Positions 55,231 to 64,000 of a stretch of 64,000 nucleotides of DNA are shown one piece after another. Below the pieces are notes generated by a model, which saw only the letters and a program-made list of their open reading frames with translations, was not told the origin of the DNA and ran no database searches. Position 1 is the first letter of the stretch. Every line of letters begins with the position of its first letter. The position numbers and the translations under genes are program-made. Source of the DNA: an uncultured Flavobacteriaceae bacterium (GTDB taxonomy: Bacteria; Bacteroidota; Bacteroidia; Flavobacteriales; Flavobacteriaceae); contig CANMSN010000008.1 of NCBI GenBank assembly GCA_947500585.1, forward strand, positions 17,120-81,119. Reading direction: 5' to 3'.

Positions 55231-56709
55231 ATGATAAAACTATTATTAAGCTTAGAATGGAAATCTTTTTTTAGATCTGCCAGTTTTGGCAAGAGTTTAG
55301 GCATAAAGATTTTTATGGGCTTTATGGCACTTTATTTCATAGTCATTTTTTTAGGAATGGGACTAGGCATGTACTTTATTCTTAAAAAGGCATATCCAGA
55401 ACAAGACCCATTAGTAATTTTAAATGGCTTTTTATTTTATTGGATTTTAGGCGATTTAATTTTTAGGTTTTTCTTTCAGAAGCTTCCAGTAATGAGCGTA
55501 AAACCATTACTAACTTTACCTATTAAAAAAAGTAAAATTGTTAACTATGTGTTAGGAAAGTCTGGACTTTCGTTTTTCAATTTTCTGCCACTTTTTGCTA
55601 TTATCCCTTTTGGAATTATTTTGATGACAAACGGTTACCCAATGGGTTCCGTATTAATATGGATGTTGGCTTTAATTATAGTTACACTTAGTATAAATTT
55701 CTTAAATTTTATTATTGAGAGTTATTCAGCGCAAACCGAGCTTTCCTTCCTTCCATTAATTGTATTTTCAGGAGGTGTATTTGCTTTAAATTATTTTGAT
55801 ATCATATCTTTTACAGATTTGGTTGGAAACGCATTTAATGCCATATATAATTCGCCCATTTTAATTGTAATTCCAATTCTTATTTTAATAGGCCTTTATC
55901 TTTTCAATTTTAAATTACTAAGACAAAAACTGTTTTTAGATAGTGGCTTAAAAGAAAAAGTTAAAGAAGTAAATACGTCTAATTTAGATTGGACAAAAAG
56001 CTTTGGAGATATTGCACCTTTTATGCAATTAGATTTAAAACTGATTTGGCGTAATAAACGAACAAAATCATCTGTTTGGATGTTAGTTTTAGGCTTATTG
56101 TACGGCTTATTTTTCTATCCGCAACCTACTTATCAAGACATGCCATGGTTTTTTGTTTTTATTGGTGTTTTTTCAACTGGTATTTTTTTAATCAATTTTG
56201 GGCAGTTTATTCCAGCTTGGGATAGTGGCTATTACAAGCTTTTAATGAGCCAGAATATTAAGTACGAACAGTATTTAAAATCAAAATTTACCTTAATGGC
56301 ATTAAGTGTTGTTATATTATTTGTACTAGGAATTCCTTATGTTTTCTTTGGATGGAAAATTTTACTAGCGCATTTTGCAGCAGCCATTTATAATATTGGT
56401 GTTAATACACATGTTATTTTATTAGGAGGTTCATACAACCGTAAGAAAATCAATTTAAATCAAAAAGCAGCCTTTAATTATCAAGGAACAGGTGCAGTAC
56501 AATGGCTTATAGGTATTCCGTTATTATTAATTCCAATGGGATTATTTGCACTACTTAATTTTTTGATAAGTTTCGAAATAGCTTGCTTAATATTAGGTGT
56601 TCTAGGAATAATAGGCATCATCTTTCATCAAAAATTGATGGGGCTTATAACAGCAAAATATTTAGAATCAAAATACAAAATGATTGATGCTTTCGATCAG
56701 AACAATTAA
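55231..56709 (+). CDS. Polytopic membrane protein, probable permease partner of the downstream ABC ATPase (DUF5687-like, name from memory)
   Basis: 492 aa with about 12 TM segments, 12 nt upstream of the ABC ATPase gene. Confidence 0.55.
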   Translation: MIKLLLSLEWKSFFRSASFGKSLGIKIFMGFMALYFIVIFLGMGLGMYFILKKAYPEQDPLVILNGFLFYWILGDLIFRFFFQKLPVMSVKPLLTLPIKKSKIVNYVLGKSGLSFFNFLPLFAIIPFGIILMTNGYPMGSVLIWMLALIIVTLSINFLNFIIESYSAQTELSFLPLIVFSGGVFALNYFDIISFTDLVGNAFNAIYNSPILIVIPILILIGLYLFNFKLLRQKLFLDSGLKEKVKEVNTSNLDWTKSFGDIAPFMQLDLKLIWRNKRTKSSVWMLVLGLLYGLFFYPQPTYQDMPWFFVFIGVFSTGIFLINFGQFIPAWDSGYYKLLMSQNIKYEQYLKSKFTLMALSVVILFVLGIPYVFFGWKILLAHFAAAIYNIGVNTHVILLGGSYNRKKINLNQKAAFNYQGTGAVQWLIGIPLLLIPMGLFALLNFLISFEIACLILGVLGIIGIIFHQKLMGLITAKYLESKYKMIDAFDQNN

Positions 56710-56721
56710 TACTACACAATT

Positions 56722-57417
56722 ATGATAACAACATCAAATTTATCAAAGAAATACGCGGGTAATCAAGTTTTAAATATAGCATCTTTAGATATCCCTAGAG
56801 GTCAAAGTTTTGGATTAGTAGGTAACAACGGCGCAGGCAAAACAACCTATTTTAGTTTATTGCTAGATTTAATTCAACCAACCACAGGGCATATAAAAAG
56901 TAATAATATTCAGGTAAACGAAAGTGAAGACTGGAAACCGTTTACGTCGGCTTTTATAGATGAAAGTTTTTTAATAGGGTATTTAACTGCCGAAGAATAC
57001 TTTTATTTTATAGGTGAACTTCGAGGTCAAAACAAAGCAGATGTTAATAAATTAGTATCTCAATTTGAAGATTTTTTTCATGGCGAAATATTAGGACAAA
57101 AGAAATATTTAAGAGATTTAAGTAAAGGAAATCAAAAAAAGGCAGGTATTGTAGCTGCACTTATAGGAAACCCTGAAGTTGTTATTCTTGATGAACCTTT
57201 TGCAAACTTAGATCCAACAACGCAAATACGTTTAAAAGGCATCATTAAAGATTTAGCCGAAACAAAAGGCACTACGGTTTTAATATCAAGTCACGATTTA
57301 ATGCATGTTACAGATGTTTGCGAACGCATTGTAGTTTTAGAAAAAGGCGAAGTTGTAAAAGATTTACAAACCAGCGAAGCCACTTTAAAAGAGCTTGAAG
57401 CTCATTTTTCTAATTAA
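56722..57417 (+). CDS. ABC transporter ATP-binding protein
   Basis: Walker A GNNGAGKTT, signature LSKGNQKK, Walker B VVILDEP, H-loop SSHD. Confidence 0.95.
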   Translation: MITTSNLSKKYAGNQVLNIASLDIPRGQSFGLVGNNGAGKTTYFSLLLDLIQPTTGHIKSNNIQVNESEDWKPFTSAFIDESFLIGYLTAEEYFYFIGELRGQNKADVNKLVSQFEDFFHGEILGQKKYLRDLSKGNQKKAGIVAALIGNPEVVILDEPFANLDPTTQIRLKGIIKDLAETKGTTVLISSHDLMHVTDVCERIVVLEKGEVVKDLQTSEATLKELEAHFSN

Positions 57418-57533
57418 CCGTTTAACCAAAAAATCTTACATTTTATAGGTTAATTCAAAAAGATGCTTATTTTTACGGGTAAATATAATAATAGCAAGAG
57501 TTTGCAGTTATTATTTACACCAAAATAAGAGCA

Positions 57534-60104
57534 TTGAAAATATCTTTTAAACACATATTATCTTTTTTATTATCCATTTTCTTAGTAGTAAGTTGTTCTA
57601 GAAAAAAGGATAAATTTATTAACAGAAACTACCATGCAATAACTGCAGAATTTAATGCGCTTTATAATGGTTACAACGCTTTAGAACAAGGTAGAAATAG
57701 TCTCAACGCAAGCTACGCTGATAATTATTGGGATGTTCTTCCCATAGAGCGCATGCAAATATCTGAAGAGATTATGCTGCCTGGGCAATCTAAAAACGAA
57801 AACTTTACAAGAGCCGAAGAAAAAGCAGCAAAAGCTATTCAAAAACATAGTATTACTATTGAAGGCAAAGAAAGAAATCCTCAAATGGATGAGGCTTATT
57901 TGCTTTTAGGAAAATCAAGATATTTCGATCAGCGTTTTATTCCTGCCCTAGAAGCATTTAACTATATTTTGTATAAATATCCCGCAAGCGATAAGATAAA
58001 TCAAGCTAAAATTTGGCGGGAAAAAACAAACATCCGATTAGATAATGATGATTTAGCCATTAAGAACCTAAAACGTCTTTTAAGACAAGAAGATTTAGAA
58101 GGTCAAGATCTTGCAGATGCCACATCCATGCTTGCACAAGCGTATTTAAACATAAAAGTTGTTGATACGGCAATTTCACTATTAGAGGTAGCTTCACAAG
58201 CTACAAAAAGCAATGATGAACGTGGCAGATATCGATATATTCAAGGGCAATTATACAATCAGTTAGGTTATAAGGATAGTGCAAATATAGCATTTGATAA
58301 AGTTATTGAACTTAATAGAAAAACGCCTAGAATCTATATGATTAGTGCTCATTTAGAGAAGATTAAGAATTTCGATTTTGAAAACGGAAACAAATTAGAA
58401 GTTACAGAACTACTTACCGAATTAGAAGAAAATAGAGAAAACCGCCCTTTTTTAGATAAAATTTATCACCAAATAGGCGAGTATCACAGGTTTAACCAAT
58501 CGGACTCTACAGCAGTAGCATATTATAACAAATCGTTACGAACCAATTCCCCTGATAAAATATTAAATGCAAAGAATTACGAAATTCTAGGAGACATGAA
58601 TTTCGATAAATCTATTTACAGAATAGCTGGCGAATATTACGATAGCACCATGACAAGTTTGGATTTAAACTCCAAACCATACCGTATTATAAAACGTAAG
58701 CGCGATAATTTAAAAGATGTTATTTACTATGAAGCTATAGCGCAAGTAAATGATAGTATACTAAATTTAGTAAACTTACCAGAAGCTGAAAGACTTGTGT
58801 ATTTTGAAAATCTTGTAGAGAAACTCAAAGAAAAAGCAGAAGCAGAAAGAAAAAAAGCTGAAGCCGCTGAAGCTTCAAAATTAAATAGCGGACTCGCAAC
58901 AGTTAATGTTAATATTGGCAATCAAATAAATAAAGCAGCAGCACAAAATCAAGCAAAAGTATTTTACTTTTATAACCCCACAACGGTTGCCTATGGTAAG
59001 AATGAGTTTGTAAAAATTTGGGGAAATAGGGCTTCGGAAGATAATTGGAGATGGTCTAGCAAAGGAAATTCTGGACAAATAAATATTAGCACTTCAAATA
59101 ACGATATTTTGGCAACAGCTTCAGAAGAGGAAAAGTTTGACCCACAATTTTACATATCTAAAATACCTTCTGAAGAAAAAGAGATTGATAGTATTTCTAA
59201 AGAAAGAAATTACGCGTATTATCAATTAGGGCTTATATACAAAGAAAAGTTTAAAGAGTATGTCTTGGCAAAAGACAAGCTTCAAAATCTATTAAAAAGT
59301 AACCCTGAAGAACGTTTAATACTACCATCAAAATATAATTTGTATAAAATTTATGAGCTATTAGGAGAAAACGATGAAGCATCTATAGCTAAAGATGAAA
59401 TAATTAAGAAGTATCCAGAATCGCGTTACGCTACAATTTTAGAAAATCCTGAATTGGTTTCAGATAAAGACGAAAACAGCCCTGAAAGTTTATATGAAGC
59501 CCTATACATGCAGCATGAAAATCAAGAATATTTAGATGTTATTACTAAAAGTGAAGATTATATAAACAAGTTTGATGGTGAACCCATTGTGCCGAAATTA
59601 GAACTTTTAAAAGCTACGGCTACGGGTAGGTTATATGGTTATGAAGCTTACAAAAAAGCTATTAATGAAGTGGCAGTAACTTATGCAAACACCAATGAAG
59701 GCAAGCAAGCAGAAAGTATACAAAACAATTCATTGCCAAAAATAGCAAGCTCAGATTTTATTGAAGAAAATGATAGTATTATTAACAACCATAAAGTTGT
59801 TTTTCAATTTAAAAATTCTGAACTTGAGCAAGTTTTAAGCTTTCAAAAAACTTTAGATACCATTTTGAAAAGTATTAGGTATTATAATTTAAAATCATCA
59901 ATAGATGTTTACAATCCAAATACAAAGTTTGTGGTTATTCATGGTTTTAAAAATGCTCAAATTGCAAAAACATTCGATCAGTTATTAACTAAAGAAAACA
60001 AGAAAAAAATAAAACCCCCATATTTTGCAGTATCATCTGCAAACTATCAAATTATTCAAATTCATAAAAATTTGGATTCTTACTTAAATATTAATAATAA
60101 TTAA
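57534..60104 (+). CDS. sprE: TPR-containing lipoprotein, SprE/PorW-like (type IX secretion/gliding associated)
   Basis: TTG start. Lipoprotein signal LVVSC, then INRNYHAITAEFNALYNG...LPIERMQ, which I recognise as SprE-like. 856 aa with TPR-like repeats. Assignment is from memory. Confidence 0.55.
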   Translation: MKISFKHILSFLLSIFLVVSCSRKKDKFINRNYHAITAEFNALYNGYNALEQGRNSLNASYADNYWDVLPIERMQISEEIMLPGQSKNENFTRAEEKAAKAIQKHSITIEGKERNPQMDEAYLLLGKSRYFDQRFIPALEAFNYILYKYPASDKINQAKIWREKTNIRLDNDDLAIKNLKRLLRQEDLEGQDLADATSMLAQAYLNIKVVDTAISLLEVASQATKSNDERGRYRYIQGQLYNQLGYKDSANIAFDKVIELNRKTPRIYMISAHLEKIKNFDFENGNKLEVTELLTELEENRENRPFLDKIYHQIGEYHRFNQSDSTAVAYYNKSLRTNSPDKILNAKNYEILGDMNFDKSIYRIAGEYYDSTMTSLDLNSKPYRIIKRKRDNLKDVIYYEAIAQVNDSILNLVNLPEAERLVYFENLVEKLKEKAEAERKKAEAAEASKLNSGLATVNVNIGNQINKAAAQNQAKVFYFYNPTTVAYGKNEFVKIWGNRASEDNWRWSSKGNSGQINISTSNNDILATASEEEKFDPQFYISKIPSEEKEIDSISKERNYAYYQLGLIYKEKFKEYVLAKDKLQNLLKSNPEERLILPSKYNLYKIYELLGENDEASIAKDEIIKKYPESRYATILENPELVSDKDENSPESLYEALYMQHENQEYLDVITKSEDYINKFDGEPIVPKLELLKATATGRLYGYEAYKKAINEVAVTYANTNEGKQAESIQNNSLPKIASSDFIEENDSIINNHKVVFQFKNSELEQVLSFQKTLDTILKSIRYYNLKSSIDVYNPNTKFVVIHGFKNAQIAKTFDQLLTKENKKKIKPPYFAVSSANYQIIQIHKNLDSYLNINNN

Positions 60105-60118
60105 AACTTAGCAGAATT

Positions 60119-60550
60119 ATGTTCTCTGATAATAAAAAAGAAAAACACATGGGAGAAGCAACATCTAGTCAAAACATTATTTCGAAAGGCACCAAAATGG
60201 TTGGCGATTTTAATAGCGAAGGCGATTTTAGAATTGATGGTATAATAGAAGGAAATATTAAAACTACAGGAAAAGTAGTTGTTGGAAAAGACGGCTTTAT
60301 TAAAGGCACTTTACAGGGTACAGATGCTTATTTTGAAGGTAAATTTTCAGGCAAACTATCATTATCTGGCACACTTACTTTAAAATCTGCTGCACATATT
60401 GAAGGTGATGTCGTTGTTGGTAAATTAGCGGTAGAACCAGGTGCAACTTTTAATGTAACTTGTATTATGAAAGGTACGGTTAAAGAAATAAATAAAGGTG
60501 GGCAACATCAACAACAAGCAGGAAAACCAGAAACGGAAAAAACAGTTTAA
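60119..60550 (+). CDS. Bactofilin family polymer-forming cytoskeletal protein
   Basis: Repetitive beta-helix pattern (G.F..DG.IEG.I...G.VVVGKDG.I.G), typical of bactofilins; 143 aa. Confidence 0.8.
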   Translation: MFSDNKKEKHMGEATSSQNIISKGTKMVGDFNSEGDFRIDGIIEGNIKTTGKVVVGKDGFIKGTLQGTDAYFEGKFSGKLSLSGTLTLKSAAHIEGDVVVGKLAVEPGATFNVTCIMKGTVKEINKGGQHQQQAGKPETEKTV

Positions 60551-60740
60551 ACAAATTGCAGCTTTATCTGGAATTGCCATTCAAATGGGAGTTACCATTT
60601 ATTTGTTTGTAATATTGGGTAAATGGTTAGATGTTAAATATGGAAGTTCTTCTAAAACTTTTTTGATTATCTGTACTTTGTTTGGAGTTTCCATTTCTTT
60701 ATATGCTGTGCTCAAACAAATAAATAAGCTAAACCCTTGA
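60498..60740 (+). CDS. AtpZ/AtpI-like small membrane protein
   Basis: Two TM segments (IAIQMGVTIYLFVILGKWLD, LIICTLFGVSISLYAV) just upstream of the atp genes. The only available start is GTG at 60498, which overlaps the bactofilin gene by 53 nt. Confidence 0.5.
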   Translation: MGNINNKQENQKRKKQFKQIAALSGIAIQMGVTIYLFVILGKWLDVKYGSSSKTFLIICTLFGVSISLYAVLKQINKLNP

Positions 60741-61138
60741 TCATAAAAAAAATTATTCAAAGTTGCTTAATTGTTGTTTTTGTTGCCGCAATAACTTTTT
60801 TTATACATTTCAAAGTGAATGCTTCGTTAGAAGACTCAATCGAAATAAACCAGTTATTATATTCTTACATTATTAATGTATTGCTAGTTTGTACAATATT
60901 TGCACCCATATATTTGTTAAAAAGAAGACTTAAAGATCAATTGGGTTTTATATTTATGTTGGCTAGTGTATTAAAATTTACGTGCTTTTTTATTTTTTTT
61001 TATCCAGAATATAATGCTGATGGTAATTTAACCCGATTAGAGTTTTTAACATTTTTTATTCCCTACATAATATGCCTCATTACAGAAAGTGTAATTTTAT
61101 CTAAATTTTTTAACAGTTTAGATAATTTAAATAGTTAA
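60737..61138 (+). CDS. Membrane protein of unknown function within the atp leader region
   Basis: 133 aa with 3-4 TM segments. The TTG start overlaps the atpZ-like stop (TTGA). Confidence 0.4.
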   Translation: MIIKKIIQSCLIVVFVAAITFFIHFKVNASLEDSIEINQLLYSYIINVLLVCTIFAPIYLLKRRLKDQLGFIFMLASVLKFTCFFIFFYPEYNADGNLTRLEFLTFFIPYIICLITESVILSKFFNSLDNLNS

Positions 61139-61192
61139 AATTAAAGTAAATAAATAATATTAAATTTTGTTTTGGCTTTTGATATAAAAACC

Positions 61193-61200
61193 TACCTTTG
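61193..61200 (+). promoter_or_regulatory. Candidate -7 box (TACCTTTG) for atpB
   Basis: TAnnTTTG match 35 nt upstream of the ATG at 61236. Confidence 0.45.
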
Positions 61201-61235
61201 CAGCGATTTTTAAGCCACTATTTATAAAAAGTGAT

Positions 61236-62312
61236 ATGCAAAATATTATTTCTATAAAAACAATTTGTTTACTCTTCTTTTTAGTATCTATTTTATCTTT
61301 TGCCAATAAAGAGAAACATTCAGAAGAATTAAATGTTAAAACTGAAATAAAAGAATACATAAATCATCACTTACTTGATTCGTATGATTTTAGCTTAACA
61401 TCATATACTACAGATTCTGGAGATCATAAATATATTGGTTTTCCTCTTCCAGTTATTCTTTGGGATAACGGTTTGAAAGTCTTTTCTTCATCAAAATTAC
61501 ATCATGGAGAAAAAGTAGCAGAGGTAGATGGAAATTATTATAAGTCTTACCATGGAAAGATTTATAAAACAGATGCTTCGGGTACTATAAATTACGACGA
61601 AAATCATCATGCTACAAACGCTAAGCCTTTAGATTTTTCCATAACAAAAAATGTATTTACCATTTTCATTATTGGATTACTTATGTTTTTTATGTTTACA
61701 AGAATGGCTAAAAGTTACAAATCTAGTGCCTTACCCAAAGGTATTGGGCGCGGTTTGGAACCTATAATTCTTTATATCAGAGATGATATAGCTATTCCAA
61801 ATATTGGAATAAAAAAATATAAGCGCTACATGCCTTACTTATTAACAGTTTTCTTTTTCATCTGGATTATAAATCTACTTGGATTGACACCGTTAGGAAT
61901 TAATGTAACAAATAATATAGCTGTAACTTTAGCATTAGCTTTAGTTACCTATTTCTTAACAACTTTTACAGCAAATAAAAATTACTGGGGGCATATTTTT
62001 TGGATGCCTGGGGTGCCATGGCCAATGCGAATTATTTTGGCACCTATAGAATTATTAGGTACACTTATTAAACCATTTTCCTTAATGATACGTTTGTATG
62101 CAAATATTACTGCAGGACACATCGTATTAATGAGTATTATTGGTTTAATGTTCATATTTAAAAACTGGTTAGGAAGTTCGTTATCATTTGGTTTAGCTTT
62201 CGCTTTATCATTACTTGAACTTTTAGTAGCAGCATTACAAGCATATATCTTTACCATGTTATCTGCTTTGTATTTTGGGTCAGCAGTTGAGGAACCGCAT
62301 CATGACCATTAA
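61236..62312 (+). CDS. atpB: F0F1 ATP synthase subunit a
   Basis: The C-terminal half has LMIRLYANITAGH (essential Arg) and a TM pattern. The long N-terminal extension is common in Bacteroidota. Confidence 0.9.
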   Translation: MQNIISIKTICLLFFLVSILSFANKEKHSEELNVKTEIKEYINHHLLDSYDFSLTSYTTDSGDHKYIGFPLPVILWDNGLKVFSSSKLHHGEKVAEVDGNYYKSYHGKIYKTDASGTINYDENHHATNAKPLDFSITKNVFTIFIIGLLMFFMFTRMAKSYKSSALPKGIGRGLEPIILYIRDDIAIPNIGIKKYKRYMPYLLTVFFFIWIINLLGLTPLGINVTNNIAVTLALALVTYFLTTFTANKNYWGHIFWMPGVPWPMRIILAPIELLGTLIKPFSLMIRLYANITAGHIVLMSIIGLMFIFKNWLGSSLSFGLAFALSLLELLVAALQAYIFTMLSALYFGSAVEEPHHDH

Positions 62313-62344
62313 AAAGAATGTTTAATTTTTAATATATATATATT

Positions 62345-62536
62345 ATGACAATTCCAAGTATTGTTGGTGCAGGTTTAATCGTTATTGGTGCTGGTTTAGG
62401 TATTGGTAAAATTGGTGGATCTGCAATGGATGCCATTGCGCGTCAACCAGAAGCTTCTGGAAAAATCCAAACTGCTATGCTTATTGCAGCAGCCCTTATT
62501 GAAGGTATCGGATTTGCTGCTTTATTTGCAGGATAG
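62345..62536 (+). CDS. atpE: F0F1 ATP synthase subunit c
   Basis: 63-aa helical hairpin with a Gly-rich helix 1 (GAGLGIGKIGG) and a carboxylate in AALIEGIGF. Confidence 0.95.
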   Translation: MTIPSIVGAGLIVIGAGLGIGKIGGSAMDAIARQPEASGKIQTAMLIAAALIEGIGFAALFAG

Positions 62537-62544
62537 AAAAAGTT

Positions 62545-62581
62545 AAAAATAGCTTTAACGGTTGGTTAAAGCTATTTTTTA
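62545..62581 (+). terminator. Intra-operon terminator/attenuator-like hairpin after atpE
   Basis: ATAGCTTTAAC-ggttg-GTTAAAGCTAT, an 11-bp perfect stem preceded by AAAA and followed by a T-run. Confidence 0.6.
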
Positions 62582-62613
62582 AAATTAAATATTTATTAAA
62601 AACATAGATATAA

Positions 62614-63114
62614 ATGGAAAAATTAATTAATGAGTTTTCAATAGGATTGTTCTTTTGGCAATTGGTTTTGTTTATTGGATTAGTTTTACTTTTAAGAAAA
62701 TTTGCTTGGAAACCAATTCTTGATGCTGTTGAGAAAAGAGAAAGTGGCATCGAAGAAGCATTAAAGTCTGCTGAAAAAGCAAAATTAGAAATGCAAAACC
62801 TTCAAGCTGATAATCAAAAATTATTACAAGAAGCAAGAGCAGAACGTGAGGCGATGTTGAAAGATGCGCGCGACATGAAAAATAAAATGATTGAAGACGC
62901 CAAAGGAGAAGCTCAAGAACAAGCAAATAAAATGATTACACAAGCACAAGCCGCTATTGAAAGTGAAAAGAAAGCTGCCATGGCAGAATTAAAAAATCAC
63001 GTTGCAGGTTTATCTTTGGAGATTGCTGAAAAAGTTGTGCGAACTGAATTATCTAACAAAGACAAGCAATTAAAATTGGTTGAAACGATGTTAGGTGAAA
63101 AATCATTAAATTAA
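62614..63114 (+). CDS. atpF: F0F1 ATP synthase subunit b
   Basis: Single N-terminal TM followed by a long charged coiled coil; 166 aa; operon position. Confidence 0.9.
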   Translation: MEKLINEFSIGLFFWQLVLFIGLVLLLRKFAWKPILDAVEKRESGIEEALKSAEKAKLEMQNLQADNQKLLQEARAEREAMLKDARDMKNKMIEDAKGEAQEQANKMITQAQAAIESEKKAAMAELKNHVAGLSLEIAEKVVRTELSNKDKQLKLVETMLGEKSLN

Positions 63115-63120
63115 GGCATA

Positions 63121-63657
63121 ATGGCGGGAGCAAGAGCAGCAATACGTTACGCAAAGGCACTATTAAGTTTAGCATCAGATCAAAAAGCAGCAGATGCTGT
63201 GAATAAGGATATGAAGTTAATAGCAAATACCATTGCAGAAAGTAAAGATTTAAGCGAAGCACTTCAAAGCCCTGTAATACCTTCTTCAACTAAAAAAGCA
63301 ATTTTGTTAGATATTTTTAAACAATCTAATAAAATGACATTAAGCTTAATGGATACTTTAATTAGTAATAATAGAATTGATATTTTGGGTCATATTGCTT
63401 CAAAATATAATCAATTATTTGATGAATCAAAGGGTATTGAGTTAGCAACTGTTACTACGGCTATAGCTTTAACAGAAGATTTAGAGAAGAAAGTTTTAGC
63501 AAAAGCTAAAGAGCTTACAGGAAAAAATGTTGTAGTAAAAAATATTATAGATGAAAGCATTTTAGGTGGTTTCATTTTACGTATAGGAGATGTGCAATAC
63601 AACGCAAGTGTCGCAAATCAACTTAACAAACTAAAAAGAGAATTTACATTAAATTAA
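63121..63657 (+). CDS. atpH: F0F1 ATP synthase subunit delta
   Basis: 178 aa with OSCP-like RYAKALL at the N-terminus and ILGGFILRIGD near the C-terminus. Confidence 0.9.
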   Translation: MAGARAAIRYAKALLSLASDQKAADAVNKDMKLIANTIAESKDLSEALQSPVIPSSTKKAILLDIFKQSNKMTLSLMDTLISNNRIDILGHIASKYNQLFDESKGIELATVTTAIALTEDLEKKVLAKAKELTGKNVVVKNIIDESILGGFILRIGDVQYNASVANQLNKLKREFTLN

Positions 63658-63666
63658 ACTTTTTCG

Positions 63667-63690
63667 TTCACTGAGCGTAGTCGAAGTGAA
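63667..63690 (+). repeat. Hairpin TTCACT-gagcgtagtcga-AGTGAA between atpH and atpA
   Basis: 6-bp stem with a 12-nt GC-rich loop in an otherwise AT-rich spacer. Confidence 0.6.
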
Positions 63691-63713
63691 AAGAAAAATA
63701 AATAAATCATAAG

Positions 63714-64000
63714 ATGGCAGAAGTAAAACCAGCTGAAATATCAGCAATCTTAAAAAAACAACTTTCAGGTTTTGAAGCTAGCGCTTCATTAGATGAAGTA
63801 GGAACTGTATTAACTGTAGGTGATGGTATTGTACGTGCTTACGGATTAGCAAATGCGCAATATGGCGAGTTAGTTGAATTCGAAGGCGGATTAGAAGGTA
63901 TTGTACTGAACCTTGAAGAAGATAACGTAGGTATTGTATTGTTAGGCCCTTCTGTAGGAGTTAGAGAAGGATCTACTGTAAAACGTACTGATCGTATTGC
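63714..64000 (+). CDS. atpA: F0F1 ATP synthase subunit alpha (N-terminal 95 aa; continues beyond the window)
   Basis: Translation MAEVKPAEISAILKKQLSGFEA...GDGIVRAYGL...GIVLNLEEDNVGIVLLG is a typical alpha-subunit N-terminus. The frame is open to the window end. Confidence 0.93.
   Translation, partial: MAEVKPAEISAILKKQLSGFEASASLDEVGTVLTVGDGIVRAYGLANAQYGELVEFEGGLEGIVLNLEEDNVGIVLLGPSVGVREGSTVKRTDRI

Noticed and set aside
5941-63602. All remaining short listed ORFs (61-120 aa) that overlap longer genes in the opposite strand or a different frame. Examples: 5941-6132, 11400-11642, 13096-13302, 16812-17006, 17495-17701, 21032-21367, 23254-23577, 24120-24305, 27496-27684, 27926-28231, 28328-28597, 29869-30069, 31299-31514, 31923-32144, 33127-33432, 34597-34809, 36350-36565, 37178-37378, 39613-39810, 43297-43536, 44335-44547, 49633-49827, 51146-51403, 51996-52205, 52977-53339, 57681-57884, 58727-59078, 61160-61360, 61982-62257, 62496-62926, 63053-63289, 63411-63602
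   Set aside because: Each is fully or largely embedded in a longer ORF with clear family motifs. Their composition is typical of antisense frames in AT-rich DNA.
1-64000. Search for CRISPR arrays, tRNA/rRNA genes, IS elements, integrases, prophage genes, toxin-antitoxin pairs or known defence systems
   Set aside because: There are no direct-repeat/spacer arrays and no GC-rich structured RNA-sized gaps (all gaps are under 260 bp and AT-rich). No transposase-, recombinase- or nuclease-like ORFs appear in the six-frame track. The window is housekeeping genes plus a glycan locus.

Overview
This is a low-GC chromosomal segment that looks Flavobacteriia-like (Bacteroidota). Supporting signs are TAnnTTTG -7 boxes in most intergenic gaps, a SprE/PorW-like lipoprotein, GH3 and OmpH genes, and near-absent Shine-Dalgarno spacing. 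Housekeeping genes sit on both sides (left: ybeY, mnmG, holB, pgk, tatA; right: purD, upp, the 5' half of the atp operon). Between them lies a surface-polysaccharide locus of about 32 kb (about 16.1-48.4 kb). The locus contains a Wzz-like protein, rfbBACD (dTDP-L-rhamnose), a TviB/WbpO-type dehydrogenase with a WbpP-type epimerase, and a pseudaminic acid operon (pseB, pseC, pseF, pseG, formyltransferase, pseI). It then runs into a very AT-rich core holding a Wzx-like flippase, a KpsS-like protein, three Wzy/WaaL-like membrane proteins, an acyltransferase and glycosyltransferases. A second module follows, with three initiating phosphoglycosyl transferases, an aminotransferase, a short CapD-like dehydratase, UXS, a GT2 and a CapK-like ligase. 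I found no rRNA, tRNA, CRISPR, IS element, integrase or recognisable defence system. The most noteworthy items are: (1) a formyltransferase in the place where PseH is expected; (2) a 562-aa uncharacterised protein with a phosphorylase-superfamily-like C-terminus at the head of the locus; (3) the composite architecture with multiple polymerases and multiple initiating transferases; (4) a 40-bp perfect palindrome at the padR promoter; (5) identical CACGTG-core palindromes on both sides of mnmG; (6) a small dispersed hairpin repeat family. None of these is a clear-cut undescribed system. All functional calls come from motif recognition by eye and need HMM or structure searches.
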